Shown in pieces: positions 36,943 through 52,400 of a stretch of DNA of 64,000 nucleotides. The stretch lies in the IMG/VR virus record IMGVR_UViG_3300021256_000073, positions 39,607 through 103,606 of that record; one strand, given 5' to 3'. The notes below the pieces were generated by a model that was given only the letters and a program-made list of their open reading frames with translations, was not told where the DNA came from and searched no databases. The translations under genes and the position numbers were made by a program. The DNA comes from a virus. Taxonomy: Duplodnaviria > Caudoviricetes. Each line of letters opens with the position of its first letter. Within the stretch, counting starts at the first letter, position 1.

Positions 36943-39900
36943 ATGCAATGTAAATTACCAAATTTTGGGAAATTTGACGAAGTAGGAGTTCCAGCAGATA
37001 TACTGGAACTCCAAAACGTCGATGATATAGTTAAGGGTGTAATTAGTACTTTTAGTACCAATCCAAACTTTAGTACTTCAGAAGAGCAATCATTATCTCC
37101 TGAAAAATTTAAGGATTCAGTTGAGATTGCTTTAAATAAGTTAGCTAATGTTTTAGATGCTGCAGATAAAAATAATCCTACCCTTGACCTGAAGAAGGGT
37201 GGAAAGCACTCTGAAATGATTCTAGAAAATCTCAGAATGGAGTACTATCCTAAAGGAAACATTACTAGAGACGCAGAAATAGATTTATCTGCCATCATAG
37301 ATGGACAACTACAAGGTAGAGAAGAAATAGCTACACAACGTCTTAATAAGATGTTGGATAAGTTCTTTGCTAATAATCTACCTGCAAAAGAATATTTTAA
37401 AACACACTTTAGTAGGGAGTTAGGACTCTCTACTGTTATTCGTATAGGACAGACCTTAAAGGATAGTTCTATCGTTGATAGCGAGAAAGCACTTAATGAA
37501 AACATAGAGAAGTTCTTAGCTAATCAATATCTTATTATTTACAGATATCTTAACTCTTTAGGACTTGCTAAAGGGTTACCTAACTCTATGTTTAGACAAA
37601 ATACTCCTATAGGAACTCATACTAATACCTTAGATAGGTTCTATAATCTTGTAGTACACAAGAGTAAAATAGGAACCCTTGAAGATGAAATTGAATCTGA
37701 ATGGTAGAATAGTATTAGTAAGGAAACTGATACAGAAGATGGCTTATTTAAAGCTGTAAATGCTTATTTATCAATAGTTTATTTTGATAAACTTGCTAAA
37801 GAATCTATTGGTAAATATATAAGCAGTAATAAGAATCAAGAATATCCAATTGAAAAAGATTCTGAGGGAGTTGTACATTATAAATATAGCTTTGGTAAGG
37901 ACACAGAAAATAGAGTACATGGTTGGTAGATTGATGTACGTGATGCTCTAAAAGAAATGGGTAATTTTTCTAAATTTCTTATATCTAGTATACCTATTGA
38001 TGATACTTTCCTAACTCCTGTGAACTACCTTGGAGCATTTACTAATTTATTTGGCAAAGTTGGAGAATTAATTGGAGGTAATGAACAAACAATAAAGTTG
38101 TATAATGCTATTGTTTCATTTAATCAAGATCCAGTTAATAAGTTTAGAGAGATTCTTACAATTATTAATAAATATGATTCTATAAGAGAATTCTTAGTAA
38201 AAAATAAGATTGTAAATCCATATGAAATGAAAGTATTTGATGCTGTTTATGAACATGTATTTAATGGAAGTAACTCTCTATTTAATATTGAGGCATCATA
38301 TAACAAAACACATGGACTTACTAATAGATACCCTCTTGTGGAAAGCCTTGCTGCTTAGATAGGTTCTAGTACAGAAATGTCTTATCTATAGACTGTATAT
38401 AACTATAATACTAATAAGTATGAGACTGTAATTAAGAAGAAATTCCAAGTAAATAAGCAAAAATTTGACATGATTAGTGGTATGAACAAAGATAATTAGC
38501 CACTTGAATAGGTAGACTTTGCTTATAAGTTTGTTACTAGAAGTCCAAGTTTTTATTCTATAGACTTTGGAGATTATACACTAGATGTATCTCTGGATTT
38601 AGTACAGAATCCTTATGGAATGTTAACTAAGTTTGGAAATAAAGGTGTAAAAGTAACTCTTAAGGATAAGAAAAGTGGTGCTGAATTAGATGTAAAGTCT
38701 CTACTTAAAAACAAGGATATTAGCACTAAAGCTAAGAGACAAGCTTTACTTGATAGTACAGCTAGTGACCCATTTATTCAAATACTTGAGTTTATAGATG
38801 CATTTACAGGAACAAGTTTCACTTCTAGTTAGGATGGATTGTTAGAATTTGATTTATTCAAAAATAACTATAAGGATTCTCCTATAAATGCTTTAATTAC
38901 CGCTGTAAGAGGTATGTTGATTAAGGAAATCCACAATCAATTTAACTAGGCAAAAGCTAATGGAATTTATAATTCAGGACAAATTGATAAATTTATAAAA
39001 GATTCCAAAATAATTCCCGATTCTGTACTTGGTATTGATCCTACTGATAGGGAATGGAATACTATATGGGAACCATCTGTGTTTGGTCCAGACTTAATTA
39101 CTATTAGTAAGAGTGAAGAATGGGTCGATAATTATGTCACCATTAAATAGATGATGTCTGGAGAAATATCTAAAGCTAATACTAAAAACTTAGCTGGAGA
39201 TAGTGTTCCAAACTATGGACTTGCATTTATGGGCTCTGATTTACATACTGTTATAAAGGACAGACAGCACTAGAGAGATACTGCATATGGGGATCTACCA
39301 TTAGATAGCAATATATTTATGATTGATCCTTCTATTGTTAAAGGTACTGTTATTGATACTGATGTACGTTTAGCTGATGGTACTTCTAAACAAGTTAAAA
39401 ATATGACTGAGGGAGAGCTCTTCTATCATGCTATAGTTGATAAATTCTTGATACCTTTAGTGCAGAATGAAAATGACAAGTATATGATTATTTAGCCTAC
39501 TACTTATTCTGATAAGACTAAGTTTGTAAACTATATGATTAGTACTATGTTCAATGGAAAAGACATATCTAAAATGTCCACTTCTGAACTTGAGAACCTA
39601 TATATAAATACAATAGGTAAGAGTTACCAATCTATTTTACATAGTGTATTAAATGACTATGCTAGAATATTTGACTTAGGAGATATGTATTCTTAGGCGT
39701 ATACATTTGACGAGTCTGGATTTATTACATCTACTAACATTGATGCAGTTAGAAAGATGGTAACTACTATAGATAGAAAACTTAATGACTATACTGAATA
39801 GGAATTAGTAGCTTTAGCTAAAACTAAAGGTGTAAAAGAAATATTAGCTGATACACACTTTAGATATAATGGCAATAGAAAAGCTAATGGTAAATAGCAC

Positions 39901-42900
39901 TTATCATTCAATGAATCACTTTATCATTATGTAGCTAAGGTATATACAAAACAAGGTATAAAGCCAAGACTACAGGATGAAAAAAGAAAGTTCCTAAATC
40001 AATTATTAAAGAATAAAGTAAATATTTCTGGAATAAGAATGACTAAAGGAGGTCCAGATCCAGAAAATATATGGGCACAAGCACTTAAGTACTTTGATGA
40101 ATCCAATTCATGGATTACAAGAGATGGAACATTAGTACTTGCTAAAGTAAATGGAGAGAATATTACTGTTCATGATACTTTCCCAGAAGACACTCAAGTA
40201 GAACTTAATCCAGTTCTTGAGAAGTATTTTATGTTAAGTAGTATTCTTGGTAATAACTTACGCATGGTACTTACTGGTTCAGAAATTAACCATAAAAATA
40301 AGCATTTAAGCAAGATTAACCCTGCATTAGTAATAAGTAAATTATTTAATGAAAAAGATAAGGTTGCTGACTTAGCAAAGTAGAATGTCAATGTCAAATA
40401 GGCTGTATAGGTTACTGCTACTTAGAAAGGCTTAGATCCAGAAACATTCTGGAAATCAATGAGTCTTATTGAAGTCTATGATTTAATTGATAATATTACT
40501 GATGCAACAACCAAAAAGATGGTTAAGAAAGCTATTGATGCTAAGATGTATGAAGTTGAATCTACTGGACAAGGAGCCCAATTAAAACGTAATGTTATTA
40601 TACCTGCTACTATGAGATATTATACTCAAAATAGTTTAAGAGGTATTGGTAAAACAATGCGCCTTGCTATTATGAATGATATTCAAGCAGATGTATTTAA
40701 CTTTACAGGAGATGATGGTACTGTAGATTCGCATGATGGTGCTGCATATATTAATCCTATTACATCTATTTTAGAAAACTGGTCACTCCAAGAGAATGAA
40801 GTAGGAACAGTTAAAAAGCCTATATGGCATTATTATGATAAAGAACATATGACTTCTTCTCTTGTTAAGTTTGCTGCTCATACTATAACAAATAATATGA
40901 TGCAACAGTCTATGGGGTCAAGAGTTAATATGCTCAATATGTTTAAGAAGATGTCTAACACACCTTGGGCTTTACAAGGTAATATTCTTTTATATGCTGC
41001 ACATAAAACAGAACAAGAAATTACATTCTCTGATCTAACAGGAGGCAATGATCTATATTATAAAGGAGTTGATGGAGCTAATTATAAGATTGTAGATTTT
41101 GGATACGACGAAGGAGTTTATTGGACTGATGAAATTAGAGTAAATGATAAAGGTATTGGTAGTAAGGTAGAACGTAAATATCATTACTTCGATGCTGATA
41201 GTAATCACATAATTGCTACTAAGAAACTTGAAGGTTATCACACAATGTCTTCTATTTATGAAGCACATCAAGTATTTGGTGGTATAAATAGTGAATCTCT
41301 TATTGGAGAAGGTAGAGATGCTACACTTCAATATTCTGAAGCTTCTAACTATGTTGTAGCTAATCTTATAAATAATGTTACCATTCTTACAGAGGAAGGA
41401 AAACAAGCTAAAACCAGATAGCTTGACCAAACTCATTATGAACAACCCCTTAAGTCATTAATGATAGATTATCTATGTAATAATAGTGCTATCAAGAATG
41501 GAGCTGGTAATAGAAACGATGCTTCAAGGTTTTATAATAATGAAGCCCTTGATACTATAACTCTCGGAACTGAATATTATGGTATTCAGATGGATGCTGA
41601 CCACGAAGCTGATGAAGCTGAAATGACTGAGTTCTCTCAAGTTATATCTGCTCTAGATGCTGGAGGTAGACTTCATAACTATGTAAAGGGTATTTATAAA
41701 GCTCTTGGTCAGATTGCTCTTGAAGAAGCTTCTCTTGAAATGGATGCTATCAAAGCTTATTAGCAATCTACTTAGCTTAATGATAAATAGTCTTTTGTTA
41801 AGAAATTTAAAGAAAATCTTGGAATAAATGCAGATGTAAAAATAGCTCCATTACTTGAAAAAGTTATAAACCGGAGTAATGAAGCTATTATTTAGGAATT
41901 TAAGGTACAATTCCCAAATATCGATACTACAAATCTAGTATCTGAAATAAATACAGTTAAATAGAGTTTTGCAGAGGCTCAGGCACAAGCACGTGATGGT
42001 CTTTATGATATTATAGGTAGAACTATTATCAACAATATGAGTACTGCACGTGGACAAGCTGGACTAGCAGAATCTATTATAAACTAGATTAAGAGAAGAT
42101 TTAATCTTACTGATAATCACGTGTTAGATGACTTAAAGATTCCATTCAGTGATGCTAATATATATAGTAATATTCTTTCTACTTTTGCTTCTATAATTAC
42201 TAATAAATCAATTCGTAAGAAGTATCCTGGTACTGGTGCAGTTCTTTCTCCTGGATTCAATATTATGATGATTTATGATATAGATGGTAGACAGTATCAA
42301 TATAAAGATTTAGTAAAAGAAGCTACTATTCATTATACATAGTACAAGAAGAGAGTAAAGGACGGATAGGAAGATCCAGAGGATGCTTACTTTAAACCTG
42401 TATTTGAGCAAGATAAGGCAGCATTAGCAAACGGTTATTAGTTATCTTCAGAACAATGGAATAAGTAGGTTGTGGAAGCCTATTTAATGAAGAAAACTGA
42501 TGATTATAATGCTCTTAAATGGAAATACAATGTAGTAGAAATTCCAGGACAAAATCCTGATTGGGACTTACATACTGAAGAATTCATGCCTACAGATAAT
42601 GTAGGAGTACTTGTAGAAGTAAATGGAGAGTAGCACTGGGAAGATATTTCTCTTGATGCTATATCTGATTATTATCTATTTAAGGCAGATCCTAGAGCAT
42701 TTATGCAGGATAAACTTACCAAAGAAAATAATGGAGTACCTGTTACAGTAAAAATTCTTAAGTTTAGAAAGAACTTACATAAAGCTCGTAACTTAGCTCC
42801 AACTAAGATTTGGTGGGAGTATGTAGGAAAATACAATGGATAGAATACTAATAGAGTAAATAATATATTTAATAGTATACATTTACTTAGAAACTTTGCA

Positions 42901-45900
42901 GAATCTAAGAAACTTTCTAATGATTAGAGATCCAGAATAAATAATTATATAGAAAGATTAAAGGCATAGGGTATTAAAGAATATGCTAATACATAGGAAC
43001 TGCTTGATGAACTTGATAAAAATACTTGGAGTAATACTCAAGTTATTGTACATAATACTCCAGCTGAACTTATAATGTCTAATATCTATCAAACTAGATT
43101 TAATGTAGGTGTAGATCAATCTATGTTAGATATGGTAAAGGACGGGCCTAAGCCTGCTAAAAATATAAGACAAGTTCATTAGAGTGTAACTCCTGACTTC
43201 TACGACCTAGTTATGACTAAAGCCAATGGACATAACACTTACATCTCTTTAGATAGACATTTTGAAACTACTGTAGCTGATGAAGATGGTGAACTCCCAG
43301 ATGTTCAATATAGATGGACATATTGGAAAGATAGAAGTAGAAAGTCTATAGTAGACCCATTAGTAGTTAATGATGTTTATGCTACAAATAAGGACTAGAA
43401 AGCTTTATTTAGAATAGGTAGGGATATAAGACGCCCTGATTTAGCATATAATCAAGAAGGAAAATTCTATTATTATGTTCCAACTTCTACTAATCCAGAA
43501 ATTATAAGAGTAGAAGATGATAAGAAACTTAACTATGTAAATGGTGAAGTTAGAGAATATGTAGAATTTGTAACTAAGCATGAAGTTAAACAAAAGGGTA
43601 AGAGTCATACAGTACTTAATATAGATGTTGAAAAGCTAAGAAGAACTACACAAACTCATTCCAATGAAGAAGTAAATAAGATAATAGAAGAACTTCTCAA
43701 GGAAATTTATGAGGCAGACTCTTATGAGACCTTTACTGTTAATAATCAACAAGTTAGACGTACTAATCTAGTTAGAGTTCAAGATGTTCTAAAAGGAATA
43801 GTTAGTGATGGATTATTTAGATATGATAATGTTTTACAAAACTATTTGGAAACTATATCTGAACACTTTGGTAAGCTACCTAAAGATAAGGAGTTTAGTA
43901 GACCTGATATTAAGTATAATCCAGAAACTGATGCTATTGAATTTAGTGATACTAAAAGTAATGGTGCTATAGCCAAGATTATCAATGATAGAACTAAAGT
44001 TCTCAAGGAAAGACTTAATAATAAGAAGTATTATTCATTCCTAAGATCTTAGTATTATACAGCTTCTCGTATTCCTGCACAAACTCTTCAATCATTTATG
44101 AATATGAGACAAGTTGGTTATACTGCAGAAGGCTCTAATTTAGCTTATGTATCACACTGGCAGACTTGGTTACAAGGTTCTGACTATGATATTGATAAGG
44201 CTTATATAATGGGACTTGCATTTGATGATAATGGTCAGTATATAGGTTGGTCTAGTTTATTTGATTATAATAGTTTAGATACTATAAGAGCTTCTGAATA
44301 TCTTCCTCTTCCTAAAAATGGTGTTACCATTACTGAAGATGCTAATGGAGTAGATATAACAGAAGAAGCTGCTATACTTAATGAAGTAGAACCAGCTCTA
44401 GAAGCGGGAATTGCAGATCCTAAAGTACTTAATGAATATAAGGTTAGAAGACTTTTAGCTTATGTTTCTATCTTTAATAAACTAGGAGAAGGAACTACAG
44501 TAAAAGGTGCTAATGAAAAAATACTAGAAACATTAAATTAGCATAATGCAACTAGACTTCCAGCAGATATTAAGGCTCAGGCTCTTAGAAACTTTATTTC
44601 TGTACATATTCAGAATACTATTTAGCATATTAGAAATGCTGCAGATTCTTATGTACCTGTAGAAATGGAAGACCTAAGAAAGGCTGCCGATAACTCTCCT
44701 AAGGGAGCTGAAGCACTTGAAATTACTCTTATGAACCCTCTTTCTACTTACACTATGTAGTATTAGAATATGACAGGTAAGAATGTAATTGCTATATCTG
44801 CTACAGGTCAAAAAGCTGCTTTTATGTGGATGGAGTATCTAAACGATACCATAAAAGACGCTAAACTAGGAGTTGATTATATAGTCAACGAAGTTGGAGA
44901 AGTGCTACCTACAGAAAACTCTGACTTAGCTTATGCTAAATTCTAGTTCAAAACTAGTCGTATAGCAGGTAGAAGTAAGTTAGATAAGGACAAAGTTCCT
45001 CAAATCAGAGAGGTAACTTCCACTACTCTTCCAGATGTAAATGTAGAAGGTCTAGAACCAGCACTGGCTAATTATATATAGGGAGGTAAGTTAAAAGCTC
45101 CTATTCCTATTGATATTTTGATAAGTCAGATGATTTCTGCTGCTACTGATAATGCTAAAGAGCTTATTCTAGCTAAGATTAATGCAGGTAGTAAACTTGC
45201 TAAATGTTATTTGTTCCTAATGACCTTAGGATATGACATTAATGATATAGTTAAGTTTATGACAAGCCCTGTAGTATCTTGGATTGATTCATTATCAGAT
45301 CCTAACATATTCTTAGACTAGGAAATGCGTATCGATGAGGCCATAACTGAAGTAGAAAAGTATCTAAAAAATTATGATACTAATAAAGATACTGAGTATC
45401 TTGAGGATGAAGCTGGATATGAAATAAAGGGTTCTCGTGCTAAGTTAGCTTTATTAAGAAGTATAGTTCCTTCTAATTTAACTCCTGCTCAGATTAGAGA
45501 AGCTCAGCTTGATCTTGAAGAGTTTAAAAATATAATGGATGGTGCTGATGAATTTAGTACTTTTGGTAGACTCCTTAGTATTAACCAAGGATTACCAGGA
45601 AAGGCTGAAGATTTGGAAGGCACCCTCTCTAAGATAAAGAAAATTATTACTAAGAGAGAAAAAGACTTAGGACTTGTTAATAAAGATGGAGTCTTAACAT
45701 CTACTCCTGACGAAAGATACGCAGATATTGCTGGAGGAATGTTTGACCCTATTAAGTGGCTACAAGACGAAGAATATCAGGAAAGAGTTGCTGAATACTA
45801 TGATAAGTTAAAAGCAACCCTCAATATATTTGGAATTGTAAGAAAACTTCCTCATTTTAAGAGCATGTTCTAGCTACTTGGAGCTGAGTGTACTGTTAAT

Positions 45901-46941
45901 CAGTTCTCTGTGAAGAGTAGAATTTTAAGTTCATGCCTTGCTAAGATTAGTAGAGAATGTCCTAATTTATTTATAGATGATAAATATTACTCTAGAATAT
46001 TAGGATTCGCTTCTTCTCTTATGATGCAACAATTCGTATTAGATGGAGACTTTAAAATACCTGTTAGTGGTGCTATTTTAAATAGCGATAGAACTATCAC
46101 TAATGTAAAGAAAGGAATATTATCATTAGATTCAGAAGAAGGAATTGCTTCATTTAAATACTATTTTGAAAATGTAGTCATTCCTGGATTGAAAGCAGGA
46201 ACATTTGAAGGCTTTGACGACTAGGAAAGAGAAGCTATTCGCAGAAATGCATTTATATAGGCTCTTACTAGAGGTAATGATCGCGATGTACCTGTATGGA
46301 AGACCAATATAAACATTTCTTCAGAATCTTCTTATACAAGAGTTCAGTTATCTAGATTTAGTAAGGGACTTGCTCAATTGCAGAACTATAAAATTGGAAA
46401 TCAGTCACTTGCAGATTGGTTTGCACTTTATAACTTAATTGTTAACAAGAACCAATACGGTTCTGATCGTCTTACTAAGATATTTGAAACTTTTGTAAAA
46501 GAATTTGATATGAAAGGTGATAATGTAATTAATAGATATTTAAAATATGTAGGAGACCATGATTACTCAGAAGCAGATATAAGTTCAGTAATGAACTTTA
46601 CTGCTATGGACTTGTTCATTTCACAAGCAAGGGTTGTTTCTAACTTAAAAGGTCAGAAAGATCCAGTTGTAATTATGTATGAGGATAAAGTTCCTGTATA
46701 TTATAAGAATGTTGGTTATGGAAGATATGAAAAGATGGACGATATACTTCCTGCTTTACCAAATGAAAGTTTGGAGCAGCATCTGCACAGATTCTTCTTA
46801 AATAGATCTTATTTTGTACTTGGTAAACCTTACACTAATATACTTGCTAGACTAGAATAGTCATTAAAGGCATCTCCTATTACAGCAATAGTAGATTTAA
46901 TGAGACAAGCTAAGTTATTCTTAGATATTAATTGTGTATGA
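36943..46941 (+). CDS. Virion-packaged DNA-dependent RNA polymerase (crAss-like, two-barrel), about 3332 aa (TAG=Gln)
   Basis: Catalytic DxDxD loop QGSDYDIDKAY at about 44173-44205, preceded by SRIPAQ. Second-barrel-like motif DSHDGAAYINP followed by conserved Lys residues (KKP, LVKFA). Continuous frame to TGA 46939-46941. Confidence 0.9.
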
Positions 46942-49457
46942 AGAACTGTACTATAACTTTTAAAATTGGAGAAACTACAAGAAATATAGTAGTTCCCGAA
47001 GAAGAATTCTATGGGGCAGAGGGTGAACGCTCTCTGCCTACATGGGATTTTCAAGCTAGATTAGGACAACTTCTAGCAAGAAGAAAAGATGAGTGGAACA
47101 GCTTAAAATAGGTTATTATCCAAACTTTAAAGGATAATAGTGCAATTTCTAGAGCTGTAACTTACAGTCAACTTAAAGATAAATAGGGATTAGTTCCTAA
47201 TGTTAACTTTAAGTATATATAGGATACCTATCCTGAGATAGAGTTTCCTGACATAGATGTACCTATATTACTTATTGATAATCTAGATGCTCAATCTAAA
47301 TTCCCTGTATCAGGAAGAGTTATAGATAAAAAAGGTAAAGAAATATTTGTTGTTAGAGGAGATAAGGATTCTCTTGTACAACTTAAGGGTTATTTGGAAA
47401 TCAGAAAGAAAGTTCTTAGTGGTGAATATAAAGAAACACTAGACCAGGAACTTAGTGATGCTCTTAGCTAGATTGCAGCTAAAAAGGGTATATCTCCAGA
47501 GGAAACTATACTTCAGTATTTAAATAATACAAAAGCAGAAAGAAAGGCTGGAAAAGAACTTATTAATGGAGTATCAATGTATACATGGATGACTTATATA
47601 GGCAATGCCATAAAAGGAACGCCAATAAAAGTAAAATATAAACACCCATTAATTAATGAATTTAATAGAAGACTTACTACAAATAAATATGATTAGAGAG
47701 TTATAGCTGTAAGTGAGCTTTTTGGGATTCTAAAGTAGTTATATCCGCATCTGTTTACAACCCAAAAAGAATTTACTAGACTATTTGGTGGAAGAGCTGA
47801 CATAATGATGAAAGCATTACTAGAAGCTAAGAACTTAACTGATGATGAAGTTGAATTCCTATAGTTACTAGATGATGAACGTAATGCTTATAGGGAAAGA
47901 CACGATGACGATGAAACTGAGCAATGGGGAATGTCTACACTATTTAATGTTATTAATTAGCTAACAGAACCTGAGGAAAACCCTATATCTCTTAGACCTT
48001 TAGCTCTTAAAGATGGAAAGTTTATACTTGAAGACAAATTCCCTACTTTAAAATCCTTATATGGGTATGGTTATGAAACTGTTTCTGCTTTTACAGAAGA
48101 AGAAGAAAGAAATGGATATCATATATACAGTCAAACAAAAGAAGTGGGTGACTCTACAATAACTTATTATTATGTTACTCCTTATTTTATAAATGAAAAC
48201 TTACAAGCTAGAAGATTTGCAAGTCTTAGTGATGCACAAGATTGGATTGATGAACACTTTGCTAATCAAAAACTTAAAGAAAACTCATTCTGGAATCTAA
48301 AAGGAGAATATAATGATTTTGGATTAAAAGAGAAAAGCACAAGAACTTTTGAGACTGAAAAATTCATACCAGAAGGTACAGTATTTAGCATGCTAGATAT
48401 ACCAATGGACTTAAGATCCCAAAGTATGCTTGATACTGAATTTCTACTTTTAAATAAATCACTTTAGGAGTTCTATGACTATATAAATACTTTAGACTTT
48501 AGTTAGTCTACTAAGGACAGTATTATTAGTAAAATAAATACAGCTGAAAAGGCTACTATTTTTCTTAGTGAACTTAATAAAAGGCTTAATTCTAAAGATG
48601 AACAAGGAGTTAAAACTTATCCTAGAAACGATAATGATAAAGTAAAAGCTATTCTTAATGAAATAGAAACAAAATAGCCAACTTATTATTATGTAAGTAA
48701 ATCTTTTAAAGTAGATGATGGAAAGTATCGTATTCACTATATAGTAACTGATGAAAAAGCTGTTAATGAAAACCGTTATAATAAGAAGACTCCAGTAATA
48801 CAGTTTTTAAATAGTATTGCTAAAGTTATGAAAGAAAAATTTGGAGTTCCTGTTAATATTGTAGATAGCTAGGAACTTACAGATATGGGAATGGAAGATA
48901 TTAACCTTATTAAGGCGTTTATTAAGGACGGAGAGATTTATATTAATTCTGACTTAGCAAGAATTGAGGATGCTTTTCATGAATATGCGCACTTATTCTT
49001 AGGTGCTTTAAAAGCTAATCCAGACTTTAGGGATAATTACTTAGCTTTTATAGATAAGGTATTATCAACTAAAAAAGGACAAGAGGCTTTTAATAGAAAG
49101 AAAAAGAAGTTTTCTAACCTTAGTGACTTTGATATAGCAGAAGAAACTGTTGCAGATTTATATGGTGACTTTATGGAAGGAAATTTACCATTAGATCTAA
49201 GTATGTTATTTAGTGCTAACGATGATATAAAGAAGATATAGGATACTATATTTGATAAAAAAGATAAAAGTAAAGCAATTTAGGATTTTGATGGTTCATT
49301 AGAGTCTATATGGAAGCGCTTTAATTCTGATGTAACTAAAACTCTAGGTGATAATATTAACTTTATAAAAGACGGGGCTATACAAGTGCAACGTTAGAAA
49401 GATAATTGGATTAAAGACCAAATCCGAGAAGGTAATATAAAAGAAAACTGTGAATGA
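46938..49457 (+). CDS. Large virion protein with zincin-like metallopeptidase domain, 839 aa (TAG=Gln)
   Basis: AFIKDGEIYINSDLARIEDAFHEYAHLFLG (HExxH at 48978-48992) with downstream EETVAD. ATGA overlaps at both ends. Confidence 0.82.
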
Positions 49458-52400
49458 AAAATTGTACATATGATATATTAAGTACAGGAGATGAAGGATT
49501 ATCTCTATTAGAACTACTGAGATTCGTAGATAAACAGTTTGCAGAAGTTCTAGATACGGAACAAATAGCTTCTATTAGTGATGTAGTATTCTCTAAAAAT
49601 CCACTTAAGGACTCTATTATTACTAAGCTAGGAGAAATAAAGCATGATTACATTGTAACAGCTGCACGTACTGTTTCTACTTATGATGATGAACTTGGAG
49701 GAGATGGTAATACATTATCTTATCAGGAGTTTATTGAAGATCCACAGTGTCTTATAGATGGAGTTCCTCTAGTAAGACCTTATGACAGAGATACATTTAG
49801 AAAGGCAGAAATACAGAACCTTGTTGATAATCATGGCTATAAAGAAGCTGCAGCTGCTGCTGAAGTAGATAAAGACTTAGCTAATATGGACCAGTTTAAG
49901 CAAGATTCTGTAGTCTTGCACAAAATTATAGATGGACACGGAGCTATATCTACTAAAGTTAAGACTTCTGACTATTTAGAAGGTATCAAAGATATAGTAA
50001 GCGGTACAGTTTTTGATGGTCGTAAAGCTTTACTTGAGGACCTTAAGGGTTAGATGGAAAACTTTGTAAATCAATATATATATCGTACTTAGGTAAATCC
50101 TAGTATTATAGGTAACGTTGGACTTAAAGCAAAAGTTGAGGCTCTTGGCAAAGAACTAGTAGGACACATTGACTATCTTTCTATTGATGACTCTGGAACA
50201 TTACATATTTATAATTTTAAGGCCTCTCAGAGACCTATGAATATGTGGTCAAAAGATAAATGGAAAAAGTACAATTACGGTATGGCTTTCCTTAAATAGA
50301 TGCTAGCTTATAATGGTATCCCAGTTAAGAATATTGAGCTTAATATAGTTCCAGTTAAAATGGAATATAGTGATGGTTTATCTAAAGTTGTTATAGGTGC
50401 TCCTCAAAATATATCAGTAAGTAAAACTGGTAATTATTTACTTGAGCAGTATGACAAGCATGCTAGGCATTTTGTGCGTAGTAATGTTGATATACCAAAA
50501 GTAACAATTGAAACTTTTGATAAAGCTGACGAAATATTCCAACATATTTTCCCAGTTCTAAATATGCGTAGTGAAGGTACACATCGCTCTGCTGTGGAAA
50601 TGATTAAGAATGCACCTGAAGCCGGAGAAGCAGAGCCACTTATCATTAGAGAGGTGAATGATGAGAAGGGGCGCTGGGAGGTTATTATAGATGGTAAATC
50701 TTATAGACCTAAATCTAATAGAAATAAGAACCTAAATTAGGATATTCTTGATATAGTAGTTCAGCATCTTGACGAAATTTAGGATGAAACTCTTTAGACA
50801 GTACACACTCTTAAAGAGGCTATAAATAAAATGAACTAGATTGGAGAACATGGAGTATTTGTACCTGAATCTGATGTAATTGATAAATTAAAAGGTCTAT
50901 CTTCATCTAGAGGATTTATCAAGATGATGCTTGATACTTACTTTAATGATATTTCTGAATGGGAAGGTAGTGGAGAAAAGAAAAGACCTATATATAGATG
51001 GAAGTTACGTGATGAACTTCTTGACTATAACATAATTCTTATGCAAAATAATGATACAGGGCAACTTGATGTAATTTCATTATCTGCATTTGATTGTAAT
51101 GCTGAAATACCATTTGGTAAAGGAAGACATAATTTACTTGGTGCCTATAAAACTGATGTATAGACAAATACTTTAAAAGGTGATTATGGAAATGCTGAAG
51201 TTATTCGTGCTATTGTACTTCTCAATTAGATTCTTCCTACTATGAAGGACATGGATAATGTTCAATTAGGAAGAGTAAAGGTGCTAAGTCATACAGGTAC
51301 ATCAAGAAATTATGCTATAAGTACTATTACATAGAAATACCTTCCAGAAATAATTACAACATTAAAGGATAAAGGTAAACTTGAAGTGCCTAATAACTTT
51401 AGAAATCTTAAAAAAGAGTAGTTTGTAGATCCTCTTAACTCTGTAATGTATGAATATTCATTATTAACTAATGCTAAAGGCGAGGGGGAGATAATGAGAT
51501 ATTCTCCTGATAAATTTACAGAGCTTGCAAGTATTATAGAAAGTGATGAGAATCATAAAAAGACCAAACTGCTTAAAGAACTTCTTGATACATTTTATTG
51601 GGAACTTCCAACTAGAAAATTTGATGAAATAGCTCGCTATGCTAAAGGTCAACTTGGACATGCAAGAGATTAGTAGATGTGTAAAGTCTACAGAGCTCTT
51701 TCAGATGCATATCATCATTATGCAAAAGAAACTTTTAATTATGAAAGAGAGCTAACTGACATTCATAGCTTTATGTCTACTACTAATCACGTTCCTAACT
51801 AGAATATACGTATAGTTACTGATAACTTGGCTCAAACTTATAATGCTATTGCAGGAGAAATTGAGAGTAACTATACAAAGAATATTCGTGGCTTTATAAT
51901 GGACTTTTTAAAAGCTAAGGGATATGGACTTGCTCAAAATGCCACTCTTGGTAATATGAATTCTCTATTTAAGAATATGTATGAACAAGATGAAAATGGT
52001 AATAGAACAATGAAGTTTAAAAATCCTTGGACAGATGGGAGTCTTGATGAAGCTGAAGCAACATTTTTGAAGAAGGCCTTATACCAGTTCTATTTAATTA
52101 GAAATAAAGGTAATGCTCTTGGCTTTAAAGGTTATGATGATCCTGAAATTCCTAAGTTTATTAAGGAAAAAGCTGGAGGGCATAAGTATTTATGGTGTCC
52201 ACTTATGAGAGCATCTTCTTCTACTAAAGTAATGCAAAATCTTGATGTTAGTACTTGGAAAGGAAGAGCAAAACGTGCTTGGAAGGTGATTCAAAATCCT
52301 GGATAGTATTATGATGAACAAATAGAAAAACTTACTGAAGAAGAAAGAAAGTTAATAAACGAAGGTTTAAAGGCTGATACAGAAAAACTTGGATAGGTAA

